From the NCBI GenBank assembly GCA_001643675.2, contig LSRY02000071.1, forward strand, positions 62,001 through 126,000: DNA of 64,000 nt, given 5' to 3'. The notes beneath the pieces were generated by a model that did no database searches, was not told the origin of the DNA, and saw only the letters and a program-made list of their open reading frames with translations. The first letter of the stretch is position 1. Each line of letters begins with the position of its first letter. The translations under genes and the position numbers were made by a program. Of this stretch, positions 11,701 to 25,701 are shown piece by piece. Source of the stretch: Monocercomonoides exilis PA203. Its lineage: Eukaryota > Protista > Preaxostyla.

Positions 11701-13167
11701 TCACCTGACATTTTTCAATATTTCAACAGCAAATGATGCGTGCTCGCCTTCAACAACTACGTCAACCCAAACCTCATGTTTTATGAGTAGCTGCTCATTC
11801 TCATCTGTTAATGATGCATATGATGGAGGAATTGTTCATTCCCTCAACAACCCCTTGGCTTCATTGACAGCTTCAAACACTTCATTCATCGGGTGTTGTC
11901 GGACAAGAAACGTTGTATGTGAAGGAACATCGGACAGAAAGTTGACTCCAGGGAGACAGAGCATTACAGAGAATATAGCAAATTCATTCACTTGGTGTGA
12001 GTGGAACGGATCGAAGGCAAACGGAAGCAAAGATGATTACGCAGATGAAGCTTCTAACGGTGGAGCAATTCGAATGTTTAACCTCAATTCAGGAGAACTG
12101 ACAGTTTCTCATTGTGCATTCAACGACTGCTATGCATATTATGGCGGAGGCGGAATCATGTGCCGTTCAACCAAGTCAGTTGATATAACAAACAATTTAT
12201 TCAACGCTTGCAATGCTCAAAACAATGCCGGAGGGGATTGTATGTTGTATTAATTTCATCATGTGTTCGGATCAGCGGATGTGAATTTCGAAAATGTTCT
12301 GCTTATGGCTGGGGAGGAGGTCTTGATCTTGATAATTTTCAGGTTTCGGAGCAAGGATGCGTTGGAGCTGAAAAAGGAGGAGGGGAGAGTGCGTGTGTGT
12401 TTGACTGCAGTTTCACTTCATGCTCAATAACAAACAATGGAGGTGGGGGAATGTTTTGTAAAACTGTTCCTGCGACACAATTCAAAATGAGGAGCATTCA
12501 GTTCATTTCATGTTCTGCAATGACAAGGGGAGGAGGGCTGCATATGGAACCATACAGACAAACATCGCAGAATGATGTGATTTATTGTTATTTTCTTTTC
12601 TTCCATGAATGCAAATGCAGAACAACTTCAACACCATATGGACACGATGTGTATTACGTGGACTATTACAGTTCACATTTGCACTCAAACCCATTTTATG
12701 AATGCTACACCACAAACACAAATGACCAGAGAGTGTGCTATGCATACAATTATGCAAGTGCAAGTGCTTGGACATATCAGCACACGGAAAAGAAGGATTG
12801 GCTGAAGGACAAGACAATTTATGTTTCTGTGAGTGGGAATGATACATCTCCACTTTGCGGGGTAAATGAATCAAATCCATGCAAAACAGTGAAGAAAGCG
12901 TTTGAGATGTGTGAGGTGCAGATTAGTTTGACAATCACGCTGATGGAAGGGAATCATCAAAATGAGGCAACAACAGTTGAGATTGGATCAAAGAAGATTA
13001 TTGTTGTTGGGAAGGGAAGGGAAGCAAGTTCGATTGGAACAGGAGCCCTTTCATCATCTTCTTCTTCCTTCTCATCTTCATTTGCTCATTCTTTCTTCTC
13101 CCTATTTATTATTTATCCTCGAGAAAAAGTGATTCAACAGCTTCGGTTCATTTCATGTCACTTTTAA
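11338..13167 (+). pseudogene. Family copy C (KDKTIYVSV-type), frameshifted near 11470 and 12235
   Basis: Three consecutive ORFs (11338-11529, 11618-12253, 12208-13167) join into one family protein. The breaks fall in or near G-rich runs and may be sequencing errors. Confidence 0.75.
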
Positions 13168-14085
13168 TCTACAAAAATCTAATTTTCAACATCCCTTCTC
13201 TTGTTATTTTTTCCGAGCAGATATCTGAGATAACGAAGAACTCGGAGCAGAAAGATAGAGGCTGAGTCTTTGGTGGCTATGATAATTGTGTGGGTTGTTC
13301 CAAAAGCGCATTTATCATCACCAACTTTTTATCAATATTTTTTCAAAAAATATATACCTTCATCCTCCTCTTTTTCATTTTCTTCCTCCTCCTCTTCTTT
13401 ATCATCGCCATCTTCTTCTTCCTCTTCTTCGTCTTCCTTATCTTCCTTTTATTCATCATCGTCATTGCCTAATTTTACGATTTGAGCTGTTGGAGTTATT
13501 CCACTTGAAGCAGAACCGAGGATTGGGCTTTGGCTATAATTTTTATGAGAAGAAGAAAAGAAACGGAGGCGGGACAAATGAATTTTGCTGACAGAAAGGA
13601 ACTATATTTTGGGGGAAAAAAAAGGAAATGAAGAAGAAAGGACGAATTAGAAAAAGTGTGTGAAAAAAATTCATTTGAAAAATTTTCTTATTATTTGTTA
13701 TATTTTATTTTATTTTGCTTTGTTTTGTTTTAAAAATTATCTTTCGTATTTAATTACAAATTTATATTTTTTCCCCAGTTATTTAATGATTATAGGAGCA
13801 TTTGTGTGGTTATTCAAAAGCGATAAATGCGAATGGAATGTGGAGAGAAGAAAGGAAATGGGAAGCGAAGATAAAAAGAGGATTTGTCGAAAGATGAATG
13901 ATGAAGAACGTTGGAATTTCGTTTCGATTTAGAGGAGTTAAAGGGAAAGATGATTTTCTTCTTATGGATATCCCTTTGAGAAGCAGAGGAAGAGGCAAGA
14001 AAAGGGATTTGAGCTAATTTTGATATTTTGCTTCGTGGCGCCAAGAGGCATGTGGTAAATAAGTGAAGGGAAAGGAAGAATTTCA

Positions 14086-15775
14086 GTGAGAGAATCTCAC
14101 TTTTCCTCTTTTTGCCAATTTTTCTCATCACCTTCCATACCCCTACAATCCCTCTTCAAATTATCATTTTTCAGCATTTCAACAGCAAATGTGGCATGTT
14201 CGGTTTTAACAACTTCCTTTTATCAAACGTCTAGTTTTATGAGCAGCTGCTCATTTTCATCGGTCTGTGATGTATATGATGGCGGAATTGTCCCTTCACT
14301 CAATAACCCCTTGGCCTCATTGACAGCTTCAAACACATCATTCATTGGGTGTTGCAGGACAAGAAATGTTGAATGCACTGGAACTGCAGATGGAAAGTTG
14401 ACTCCAGGGAGACAAAACGAAACAGAAAATGGAGCTAATTCATTCACTTGGTGCGAATGGAGTGGTTCGAGGACAACAGGAGAAGCTGATTCCACCACAG
14501 ATGGGATATCGAGTGGTGGTGCAATTTGGATGTACAACAAGGGAAATGGAGAGCTCTCTGTTTCACATTGTCTGTTTAATAATTGCTTTGCATTCAGTCG
14601 TGGGGGAGGAATTATGTGCCTATCAATTAATTCTGTGCATATCGAAAATAATGTGTTCAATGCCTGTACAGCACAAAATCAATATGGAGGAGGAATGTAT
14701 GTGAATGGGATTTCCACCTGTGCTCGAATCAGCGGATGTGAATTTCAGAATTGCAAGGCATATGGTTCAGGAGGAGGACTTTTTCTCGAAAATTTCCAAC
14801 TTGCAGGAACAGGATGTATTGAAGCAGAAAAAGGAGAAGGGGAAGGTGCATGCATGTTTGACTGCAGTTTCACTTCATGCTCAGTTACAAATACACTTGG
14901 AGGAGGAATGCGTTGTGCAAACATTCCAATCACGCAATTCAAAATGAGGAGCATTCAATTTATTTCATGTACAGCACGGCAAGAGGGAGGAGGATTGGAG
15001 TTATATCCATACAGACAAGCATCGCAAAATGATGTGATTTATTGTTATTTTTTGTTCTTCCATGAATGCAGCTGCAGGGATGCAGCCAATCCACGTGGGC
15101 ATGACGTTGAATATGTTGATTATTACAATCTGTATTTGGAATCAGGAAATCCATTTTATGAATGTTACACCACAAACACAGATGAGAAGAGGATCTGCTT
15201 TGCATACAATTATGCAAATGAACAAAAATGGACATATGACGAAATATCAAAAAGGATTGGCTGAAGAGAGGGATTCTCAATCGATTTGTGGCAGTGAGTG
15301 GAGGAAACGCAGAAGAATTATGTGGACTGGATGAATCAACTGCATGCAGAACCATTGGTGTCGCTGTTGAAAAGAGCGTGATCCAGGTGAGCCTGTCTGT
15401 TACGCTGATGGGAGGGGATCACACAAGTGAAACAGCAACCATTGCAATTGGAGAAAAGAAGATTTCAGTTATTGGGAAAGGGAGGACGGAGAGTTCGATT
15501 GGAACAGGAGCACTTTCATCGGTAGGAGCGCTATTCAGTGTGTCAACAGGTCACCTTGGTTTATTGCACATGAAGGTTGATTGCAACTCAAGTGCAAATC
15601 CTTTTCACCGAGTGTGGCTGTGGTGTCTGATGGGGGTGGGTCACTCTCATTGGGGGATGTTGTGATCACCACGAGTGTTTCTTCAGGAGACTATGTGATA
15701 TCTTCGTCAGTGTTTGTGGTGGCGCTGTCGCAGCTGTCGATGGTTGGTGCGGAGATCAAAGATATGAAATCTTGA
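14086..15775 (+). pseudogene. Family copy D (KRGILNRFVAV-type), frameshifts near 15250 and 15605
   Basis: ORFs 14086-15264, 15288-15665 and 15581-15775 are colinear with intact copy E up to ...SQLSMVGAEIKDM. Confidence 0.75.
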
Positions 15776-16157
15776 AATCACTATTCTTCTTCAGGGATCA
15801 ACAATCAAATATTGTTTTTAATCTCTTTTGAAATTTGTTTGCTGGTTATGTTTCTTTATTTTATTTAAAAAAAAATAAAAATAAAAAGAATTATTTTATG
15901 AAATGATATGTTTGATTCTATTTTTTCATTAATTTTATGAAAAATTTTTTGAAATAATAAATTTAAAAAAATATCATATTCAAGATATTTGTTTGTGAGA
16001 GTGGGGTTTGGAGTGAATTTTTGATTCGAGAAAAATTTTAGTTGATTTTTTTAAATAATCGTGATAAAACATAAACAAATACAAAACAACATGTCACATA
16101 TTTAAATAACCATGATGTGTTCTGTCAAAGAAAACATTTGATATTTGTTTCTGTTCG

Positions 16158-16420
16158 AAAAGATAATATCTTTTCGAAATCATAACTTTTTCGGGGTGTC
16201 AATTTTTCATTTTCATTTGTCGGTTGGAAGAGATTTTGTATTCTATTTGAGAATTTTATAACAACTGTTTAAAAAACAAATGTTAAAGCAGAAATCAAAA
16301 TCATGATTATGTTTTTCTAGCCTTTTCTCTTTTAAGTGTTCTTTTGTTTATATAAAGGAGAATTATTCAAACAGAAAATTTAATTAGATATAATATGACA
16401 TCAAAAATAATCACCCATAT
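16158..16420. repeat. ~260 bp AT-rich unit with inverted ends (MITE-like or fold-back unit), copy 1
   Basis: The right end tcaaaaataatcacccatat (16401-16420) is the exact reverse complement of 44723-44742. The interior aligns with 44723-44986 (aactttttcggggtgt, ggaagagattttgtattc, caactgttt..aaacaaatgtt, agtgttcttttgtt). Confidence 0.7.
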
Positions 16421-16814
16421 ATTCGAAAATTTAATATTTTTCACAAATGACACATTCTTCTGAAAAATAATTTCGAAGTGAGTTGTGTTTTTCTGTGATA
16501 TTTGATGACAAAACATTCTTCAATAAATGCGTATCTGACAAAACTTTTTTATTTTTGAATGATCTTTGAAAATAATTTGTTGAAATGTTCAAGCTAATAT
16601 ATAATTGATCTTATTTTGTGTGTGGGAAACACTCAAGAAAATCATCCAAGATCGAAAAACTTTCATTCGAAATTGATAATAATAATCCAAAGTCGAAAGA
16701 AAGCCTCCTTGCCACTGCACAAGTGGAAATATTTATTTCGGTGAGTGACTGATATTCCGAAAATCATATCAACATTTTTTTTATTTGAGCAAAGATTCTC
16801 ATTTTCCGAAATTA

Positions 16815-17084
16815 TTTTGGTGATTATTTTTGAATCCATATTTTTCATTCAAAAATTTTCTGTTTTGAAAATTCACTTTGAATTTTGATAATGAACATTT
16901 AAAGTTGAAAACTTCAATCAAAGATAATTTTTTCATGAATGGGATCTCAAACACTGTCTTATTTAACAATTGCTATTCATTGAACATTCAACTGAAAAAT
17001 AACTTTCCTGAGAAATAAAACTTTTGAAGAAACAACGCTCAGGGGGAGAAAAAAAATCGTGATTTCAAAAATAATCATTTATAT
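16815..17084. repeat. ~270 bp AT-rich unit with inverted ends, copy 2
   Basis: Begins ttttggtgattatttttgaat and ends gatttcaaaaataatcatttatat: the same end motif in inverted orientation at the same spacing. Confidence 0.6.
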
Positions 17085-18005
17085 CCAATTTTTGATTTAA
17101 ATATTCATTTACCCTTTTTAGTAATTGTTTAAATTAGTGACAATTTTTTTTTCTTTTGAAAAGTTTTTTCAATTTCATTTTCTTGTGAAAATGAAAGTCA
17201 CATATATCGATCAAATTTTCATTTTCATTCATCAAATTTCACCAAAATTGAAATGACAAAGACATGAAAACATTGGCAAGCATTTATTTCCATTCTTGTG
17301 AAAGTTAATTCGTTGGGAATGAAAAATAATGAAAAGATTCGATTTTTATTTTATCTCTGAAAATCAGACAAAAGTGACTTCTCAAAAGAATAACACATTT
17401 GAGTCATTATATGAAACTAGTTGAATGATTTCTTGAAAATTCCCGAAATCCGAATGTTAGAAAAGTTGAAATTTCTGATTAAAAAATAATTTTCCAAAAA
17501 TTGAATTATTGTTTCCGAAGTTGAATTATTTCTTCCAATGGATGAGAATAATGTGTTGAAAAGAATTCAACTTTCCATTCAGAAACATCTGGCACTTGGC
17601 AATTCAGAAAAGTCCTTTTGTTAGGAGTTCTTGCTCCAAGTTATGAAATTGCTTTCTCTCGTTTTTTGGTTAAATAACAGTGAGTGGTTGAAGGAATATT
17701 TTGTTTATAAGTTTAGTGGGATTATTGACATTTCTTTCTTTCTTTCTTTCTTTTTTTTTTGAACAGATAAACATTTCTTCTTCTTTTATTTTTTTGACAG
17801 GCTGAATTGGGAAGACCAAAATTTACCTGGACATTGCATAAACACATTTCAACATCTCAGATTTTCTTATGTTTTTATAAATGAAATATTTGTCAAAAAA
17901 TTTCCTCCTCTCCAATCGCATTACCACCATTTCCCCATTTTTTCGTTGCATTTTTCGACGAAATGAAAATCTCAAAACTTATGAGATCGTCAAAAAGAAT
18001 CCAGG

Positions 18006-18061
18006 AAAACAAAAACAAAAACAAAAATAAAAATAAAAATAAAAATAAAAATAAAAATAAA
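18006..18061 (+). repeat. (AAAAAC/AAAAAT)n microsatellite
   Basis: Read directly from the sequence. Confidence 0.85.
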
Positions 18062-20073
18062 CACGTGAAATTATCAATCCAAAAGAAAATCAACACAAAT
18101 AATTCCATTGAACCCATCTAACATTTCATCATAAAATATATGGCTTTTGGACAATACGTCGCCCTTTTAGAAATTCGTCTCAAATATATTCTTGCTTCCC
18201 GTAAATGCAACATTTTCTTCAAAAGATGAAATCACTCACAAAAAAAAATCAGGCTAAAAAAATAGAATATCATTGTTTATGCTTCCTTGCACAGATTAGA
18301 TTGAAGATGCCCGAACGCCATGAATAATTGCTGACTGAAAGAAAGCTGAGCGCAGGATAGTATTCTGCATTTGCCATCGGCTCAATGGCTTGGAATTAAA
18401 TACACATAAAAAATACCTAAATGTTATTTGGCGCCAGTCAATGCCATTCAACTGCCTCATTATTGTTCGAAAATAGATCAGAGAGCGGGTGTCTTGCTGT
18501 ACTGTAGATGGTGTGGAACACACACGAATAAATGCTCGTCAATTGCATATTTTGTTGAAAAATATTGCATCGAAATTGCAGAATTGTCAAAAAGTGCACA
18601 AAAAACCCCGCATCAAATGAAAATAATATACATTACGATGCTTTTGCAGCACATCGCGAACCATTCACAATCCAGTTAGATTCCGATATTTCACTTTAAA
18701 AAATCGATAACATTGTAATGCAAAACTTTGGAGCAGCAAAGAGATGCACTTGCCTCAGAACGCAGAACGTGCTTTGGAAAAACACACACTTAGGCTCTGA
18801 GGCAAATCCAATCTCTAAGTTACAAATTTAGAAACGCCTAATTGCGACTTGATGAATAAAACCACAACTTGAATCAAAAAGAATGAAAATGAAAAATAAT
18901 AATTCTCACAAAAGAATTCAAACCCGGTGCGCAGCGTCGAGATTCAGAGCTGCTCTTTCATACATGTGGAAAAAAAAAAATAAGCAATTTATAATTCTGC
19001 AAACAAAAGAATCTCTGCCCAATGCGACTGAACAACAAACAATGTTCAGCTCACACGTATCCATAAAGAGCATCGCAAGTTGCGCACGAATATACCATTG
19101 AGCAATCACGATATCCACATCAAATTGTTCAAAAACACAACCATCATCTTTGATGTTAACCCTTACTTTGCATTATTTTTTGGTTTTTTCGGAATATCTG
19201 GATAACGCAAATGACGCTGAATATTTTGGATCAAAAAATCAAGGTTTAACTGCAATTCAAGTCAATGTGATTCGCGAGACAACGCAGAATAACTTCAAAA
19301 ATAATTTTTTGCATTTCAGAAATTATTCAATTGCCGGCTATTTTCAAAAGATTTACACAAAATAAATGCTTCACGGCAAATGCATAGCATTATCAAACAA
19401 CTTGCAAAAATCGTTTACACACTTTAATTGCGTTATTGTCGGTCTTTGAAAATTCTTATTATTGGAAAAACAGGCTGCAGGAGCGACAGAATAACTCACA
19501 TACCGGTATGCAAAAAGTAAAATTGAAAGTAGTGCCAATGAGAGCAACTTTTGCAGGGTATAAACGTTAGAAAATCAAGAAAAAAGCAAAATTTCCAATT
19601 TGGCCAACGTGGATCATTTTTGGCGGCCTCATCCAAAAGGAAGTCAGGAAACACCACGTAAAGCCGCACAAAGCCGTGCCAAAAGGCGGAAACGCTGCGT
19701 TTCAGAGATCAAGTAAAATATAAATACAAAAAAAGAAAACTGAGGAAGAACCGCATCGATAAAGGTTCGGGATTCATAATATTACGATAATCCGAATAGT
19801 AAATGTTATTAGTATCTGCAATAAATGTATAATCGAAATATTTTCAACATATAATAAATAAAATTGATATTAAAAAAAACTTAACAAAAAGGCTTGCAAA
19901 CCGTTCAAAACCTGAAAAATACGAATGCATTAGTAATTATTACCACGCGCATTGCGATGCATGTAACAAAAAATTGGCATTGGGAGGGCAACGGCGCAGC
20001 TGATTGTCCACAAAATATATCTTTATTGCCCCAACAACTTATTACAGTTCAAGATCGATAATGGAAATTTCTG

Positions 20074-23000
20074 ATGGCGATATATCGCGATCGCGCAAAG
20101 CAAGCGGCTCACGGCCAATTTATGCGGCAAGCACGCAGAATGATTGTTCCAGGGAGGATGGCTCGGCGGATCGTGATGGGCTCGATGGGTGTGGACAAGC
20201 ACTTTTCGTGGATGAGGGTGAAAGGGGGCATAAGACAGGGACAGCCGAGCGGAACGGCACGGCAGCAGAGGCAGACGCAGCAGAAGGCAGAAGCGGTGCA
20301 GGTGAGAGGGACACGGGGTGTCTGGGGAAAGAAGGAGGGAGGGAGGAATATTCAAATAGGAAAGAACCGGCTGTGGTGGGGGGATAGGCAAGGGGAATGT
20401 GAAGACAACTGGTTTGGGGGTGAAGGAAATAAATTTGGAGGGGAGAGGAAAATGGTTGGTGGGGATGGGAAGAAGTCATATTTGAAGTGGGGGAAGAGGG
20501 ATGGAAAGAGGAAGAATTGTTTAATGGAGCATTCAGCAGAAAGGAATGCAGACAGAAATTGGAGAAGAAATGAGGGAGAAGAAGGGGAAGAAGAGGGAGA
20601 GGAGGAAGAGGAGGGGAATGGGTGGCTGCTGGGTGGGAGGGAAGGGAAAGACGGAAAAAGCGAAAAGATCGAAAGTGATCAAAGAAAAGACGAATTATGG
20701 AAGGATAATGGAAAGAGGGATATTGGAAGGAAGAAGAAGGATCGGGAAGGAAAGATGAATGGAAAGGAAATGATTGCATTTGAAGAAGAGGATGAGGAGG
20801 AAAGCGAAGAAGAAGAGGAAAGATGTGAAGAAGGAAGAAAAGATGAAGGAAAAGCGAAGGAAAGCGAAAGAAATGAAAAAGGAATGAAGAAAAACGATTT
20901 GCCATTTTGTTCGTCTTTTTTGGGATTTTGTTTGGATGATTCAGAAAGTGAACGAAATGAAGAATTTGAAAGGGAAGAGGAAATGGAAAGAAAAAATGAT
21001 ATTTTTCATTTGGAAGAGGAAGAAGAAGAGGAAGAAAAAATAATGAAAAAGGAAAAATATGAAGAAAAAATGAAAAAAATGAAAAAGATGATGATGAAAA
21101 AAATGGAAGAGAAAAATGATAAATTGAAAGATAGAATGAAATGTTTGATGGAAAAGAGAAGAAAAAATGAAGAAAATGAACAAAAAATGGAAGAAGAAGA
21201 TGATATTTTAAGGAAAATGAGGAGAAAAGAAAGGGAAGAAGAAGAAGAGGAAGAGGAAGAAGAAAAAGGGAAAAAAAGAAGGATTTATATGAACAATATG
21301 AATAATCGTGAATATCATCATCATCATCATCATCAACATTTGTCACAGGAATTGAATCAATTTCATCAACCTCTTCTTTCTTCTTCTTCTTCATCAACAT
21401 CTTCTGTACCATCTTCAACTCCAATTTCTTTTTCTACTTCTTCCTCTTCTTCTTCTTCTCCTTTGTTTTCTTCTTCCTCCTCTTTAACTTCACTATCATC
21501 ATCATCTTCTGTATCATCTTTATCATCTTCAACAACAATTGCTTCTTTCTCTTCTCCTCCTTTTTATTCTTCCTCCTCTTCATCTTCAACATTATTTTCT
21601 TCTAATTCGACTTCTTCTCCATTTAATTTATTATCATCCTCTTCCTCAAATTTTTCTTCTTTCTCTTCTCCTCCTTCTATTTCAAGTTTATTATCTTCAA
21701 CTCCAATTTCTTCTTTTTCTTCTCCTCCGTTTTATCCTTCTTCTTATTCAACTTCTTCTCCTTCTATTACAACTTCAAATTCTTCTTCCTCTTTCTCTTC
21801 TAATTCTTCTTTCTCTCTCTCTCCATATAATCCAACCACTTCTTCCTCAAATTCTCCTTCTTCTTTTCCATCTTCAAATAATTCATCATCATTATCATCT
21901 TCTTCTTCTCCATCTTCTCCTCCGTTTTATTCTTCTTCATCATCATCAACATTATCTTTATCATCTTCACAATCATTATCTTCTTCTTCTTCTCTTCCTC
22001 CTCTTTATCCTCCTTCTTCTTCATCTAGTTATTCTTCAAATTCTCCTTCTCCTCCTTCTCTTCCTTCTCCTCCTTTTTATTCTTCGATAAATTCTTCTCT
22101 TTCTTCTTCTTCCTCTTCATATTCTTCTTCTTCAAATGAAGAATTATATTGTTTGGATAATAATAGAGAAATGAAAGATAATAAAATGGAAATAGAAGAA
22201 GAAGAAGAATTAAAAGAAGAAGAAGAAATAGAGGAAGAAATGAAAGAAATGAAAGAAATGAAAGAAAGAGAAAGAGAAAGAGAAAGAGAAAGAGAAAGAG
22301 AAAGAGAAAGAGAAAGAGAAAGAGAAAGAGAAGAAGAAGAAATTGAAAGAGAAGATAAAAAAATGAATGAAGAAGAAGAAGAAGAAGATATTATAATTGC
22401 TCCTAATTATTGTTTTTATGAAGAAGAAGAAGAAGAAGAAAAGAGAGAAAGAAGAAGAGGAAATAGAATAAATATAACAAATTCTTCATCATCATCATCT
22501 TCTTCTTCCAATTATTATTCTTTTCCCTCTTCTTCTTCATCTTCTTCATCATCTTCGTTTTATGATGAATTATTAGAGAAATATGGATTATTATTTAATA
22601 TTAGAGAAGAAGAAGAAAGAGAAGAAGAATTTAATGAAGAAATAGAAAGAGAAGAAAGAGAAAGAGAAATATATTTCCCATCATTTTCGACAGAATCAAC
22701 ACAAAATATTTATTCTTCTGATGAAAATATAACATCTTCTATACAATCATCATTATCTTCCTCTTCTTCTTCTTCCTCTTCTCTTTCTCCTCCTCCTTCT
22801 TCTTCATTATCTTCTTCGATTTTACCTTTATCATCATCTTCTCCTTCTTCATCTTTTTCATCATCATCTTCCTCTTCTTCTTCTTCCTCTTCTTCTTTTT
22901 TATCTTCTTCTCTTTCTTCTTCTTCTGATTTGTTTCCTTCTTCTTCTTTTCTTCCTTCTTTGTGCTCTTCAATAACATTATCTTATTTATCTTCTTATTC

Positions 23001-24579
23001 TCCTTCTTTCAATTCTTCTTCTTTATCATCTTCTTCATCATCATCTTCTTCTTATTCTCCCTCTTCTTCCTCTTCAACTATTTCTTCTTCTCTTTCATCT
23101 TCTTCGTCTTCCTCTTCTCTTTCTTCTTCATCTTATTCAAATTCTATAAATTTATCATCATCAAAATCTTCTTCATCTTCATCTTCATCTTCTTCCTCTT
23201 CTCCATTAAATTCTTCTTCCTCTTTTTTTCCATCTTCATTTTCTTCTTCTCCTCCCCCTTCTTCATATTCTCTTCCTCTGTCTCCCTTCCTTCTTCATTC
23301 TTTCTTCACTCACTTCCTCTCTCACATGAACAGTTCATCTTCTGATGAATACATTCATACTCAAAATAATAATAATAATAATAAAGACAGTTATAATGAA
23401 GATAATGATGAAGAAGATAATGAAAGAGAAGAAGAAGAAGAAGAAGAGAATAATAACAATAATAATATGAATAATATATATTTCAATTATGATGATGATA
23501 ATAGCAGTAGAATAACAGATAGAGACAAAGATATATTCACATCATCATCATCATCTTCTTCCTCCTCTTCCTCTTCTATTTCTTCATCTTCTTCTTTATC
23601 ATCATCATCATCATCTTTTCCCACTTCTTCTCTTTCTCCTCCTTCTCAATTGTCATCATCATCATCATCATCATCATCATCAATATCTCCTATGCAATCA
23701 TCTTCCTCTTCTTTATCTTCTTCTTCTTCTCCTCTTTCTTCTTCTCTTTCTTCCTCTTCATCATCTTCCTCTTCATCATCTTTATTGTATATTCCCCTTT
23801 TCAAATCTCTTTTCTTCCACCCACAATTCTTCTATTCGTTTCTCTTTCGTTCTTTTCACTCGATTTTGAAGAAGAAGAAGAAAATAGAAGAAATAAAAGA
23901 AATCGAAGAAATGATGAAGAATATGAATCAAATAAAAGAAATAAAAGAAATAAAAGAGATTAAAAAAGAAATAAATAAAAAGAAAGGAAGAAGAAGAAGA
24001 AGAAGAAGAAGAAATAAGAAGAATAAGAATAAAATGAATAAAATGAATAAAATGAATAAAATGAATAGAAAGAAGAAATTGAGAGAAATAAACAGAATAT
24101 TCAGAAGGATGAATGAAATGCTGATGAGAAGAAGAAGAAGAAGAAGAGAGAGAAGAGAGAGAATGAAGGAGAAGAAAGAGAAGAAGAAAGAAGAAAAGAA
24201 AGAAGAGGAGGAAGAGAAAGAAATAAAAAGAAAAGAAGATAAAGAAGAAATAAAAGAATATGAAGAAATAAAAGAAATAAAAGAGAAGAAGGAAGAAGAA
24301 GAAATAAAAGAGAAGGAAGAGAAGGAAGAAGAGAAGAAGAAAGAAAAAAGAATAATTCCATTTGAAATTCAAAATTTTAATAGAACATTTTGGAAGATGT
24401 TTATTTCATTGGATGAGAAAGAGGGAGAAGGAGAAGGAGAAGGAGAAGGAGAAGATGATTATGAAACAATAGAAGAGGAAGAAGAGGAAGAAGATGATGA
24501 CATTGAAAATGATGAATTTGAAGAAGAAGAAGAAGAAGAGGATGAATATGAAGATACAGATGAGGAGGAGGAGGAGGAG

Positions 24580-24614
<35 letters not shown>

Positions 24615-25701
24615 TGACGTGGATGAAGAAGGAGAAGGAGAAGAAGAAGAATTGGATGATCGTTCACTGAAATGGAGAAGAAAGAGATTGAGAATCGAAG
24701 AAGAAGAACATGAGGAGGAAGAGGAAGAGGAAGAGGAAGAGGAAGAGGAAGAGGAAGAGGAAGAGGAAGGGGAAGAAGAGGAGGAGGAAGAAGAAGAAGA
24801 AGAAAATGAAAAAGATAACGAAGAAGTAGAGGAGAAAGGGGAAGAGAAAGAGGAGGAAGAAGAGGAAGAAGAGAAGAAGAAGATGATAATAATGAAGAAA
24901 TTGATATATTTGATGATAAAAATGGAAGAAATGAAGAAAAAGAAAGAGAAGGAGATGAGGATGAATATGATGAATTTTGTGAAGAAGAAGAAGGAGAAGA
25001 AGGAAAAGAGAAAAACAAATGAGAAAGATTTTGATATCAATTTATGTGGAATTTCTTCTTATCTTGCTCATTCTTCATCTTCTTCATCTTCTTCATCATC
25101 TTCATTAATTTCATTAATTTCATCATTATCTTCAATATTCCCTCAAAAATCATCAAAATTCAATGAAATTGCAACTCTTTCTCTTTCTTCTTCATTTTCA
25201 TCAATTTCATCGAATTTCAATGAAAAAAGGAGAAATTCTGATTGTTTGAGCATTCTGAAGGATATTTGTGATTTGAAAAGAAGAGGAAGAGAAGAAGAAA
25301 AGGAAAAGAAAGAAGAAGAAGAAGAAGTATTCTATCCAAAAAGAAGAAGAAGAGAAAGAAGAAAAGAAATAAAGACAAATAATTTGAAGGAAGAAGAAGA
25401 AGAAGAAGAAGAAAAGAAGATTTTATCGAAAGTGTTTGAAATGAGCAGACAGAAGATGAACAATTGGATGAAGTTATATCGATACAAGGAGAAGGAGAAG
25501 GAGAAGGAGAAGGAGAAGGAGAAGGAGAAGGAGAAGGAGAAGGAGAAGGAGAAGGAGAAGGAGAAGGAGAAGGAGAAGGAGAAGGAGAAGGAGAAGGAGA
25601 AGGAGAAGGAGAAGGAGAAGGAGAAGGAGAAGGAGAAGGAGAAAGAGGAAAAGGAAAAGGAGAAGGAGAAGGAGAAGGAAAAAGAGGAAGAGGAAGAATA
25701 A
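20074..25701 (+). CDS. 1875-aa low-complexity hypothetical protein with alternating Ser-rich and Glu/Lys/Arg-rich blocks
   Basis: Uninterrupted 5.6 kb frame, including non-repetitive linkers (e.g. IIPFEIQNFNRTFWKMFISLDE, SDCLSILKDICDLK). No recognisable domain; start codon uncertain. Confidence 0.6.
22264..22331 (+). repeat. (GAAAGA)n microsatellite encoding ER repeats
   Basis: Read directly; about 11 units. Confidence 0.9.
25486..25643 (+). repeat. (AAGGAG)n microsatellite encoding KE repeats
   Basis: Read directly; about 26 units. Confidence 0.95.

Noticed and set aside
16158-17084. CRISPR-like reading of the recurring GGTGATTATTTTTGAA motif
   Set aside because: Copies are degenerate, inverted and hundreds of bp apart. 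There is no repeat-spacer periodicity and no cas gene.
19755-19785. ggttcgggattc resembling a tRNA T-loop
   Set aside because: No cloverleaf stems could be formed around it.
20074-25701. Non-standard genetic code (TAA/TAG = Gln, as in some oxymonads)
   Set aside because: Long AT-rich ORFs have no in-frame TAA/TAG and use CAA/CAG for Gln, so the standard code suffices.
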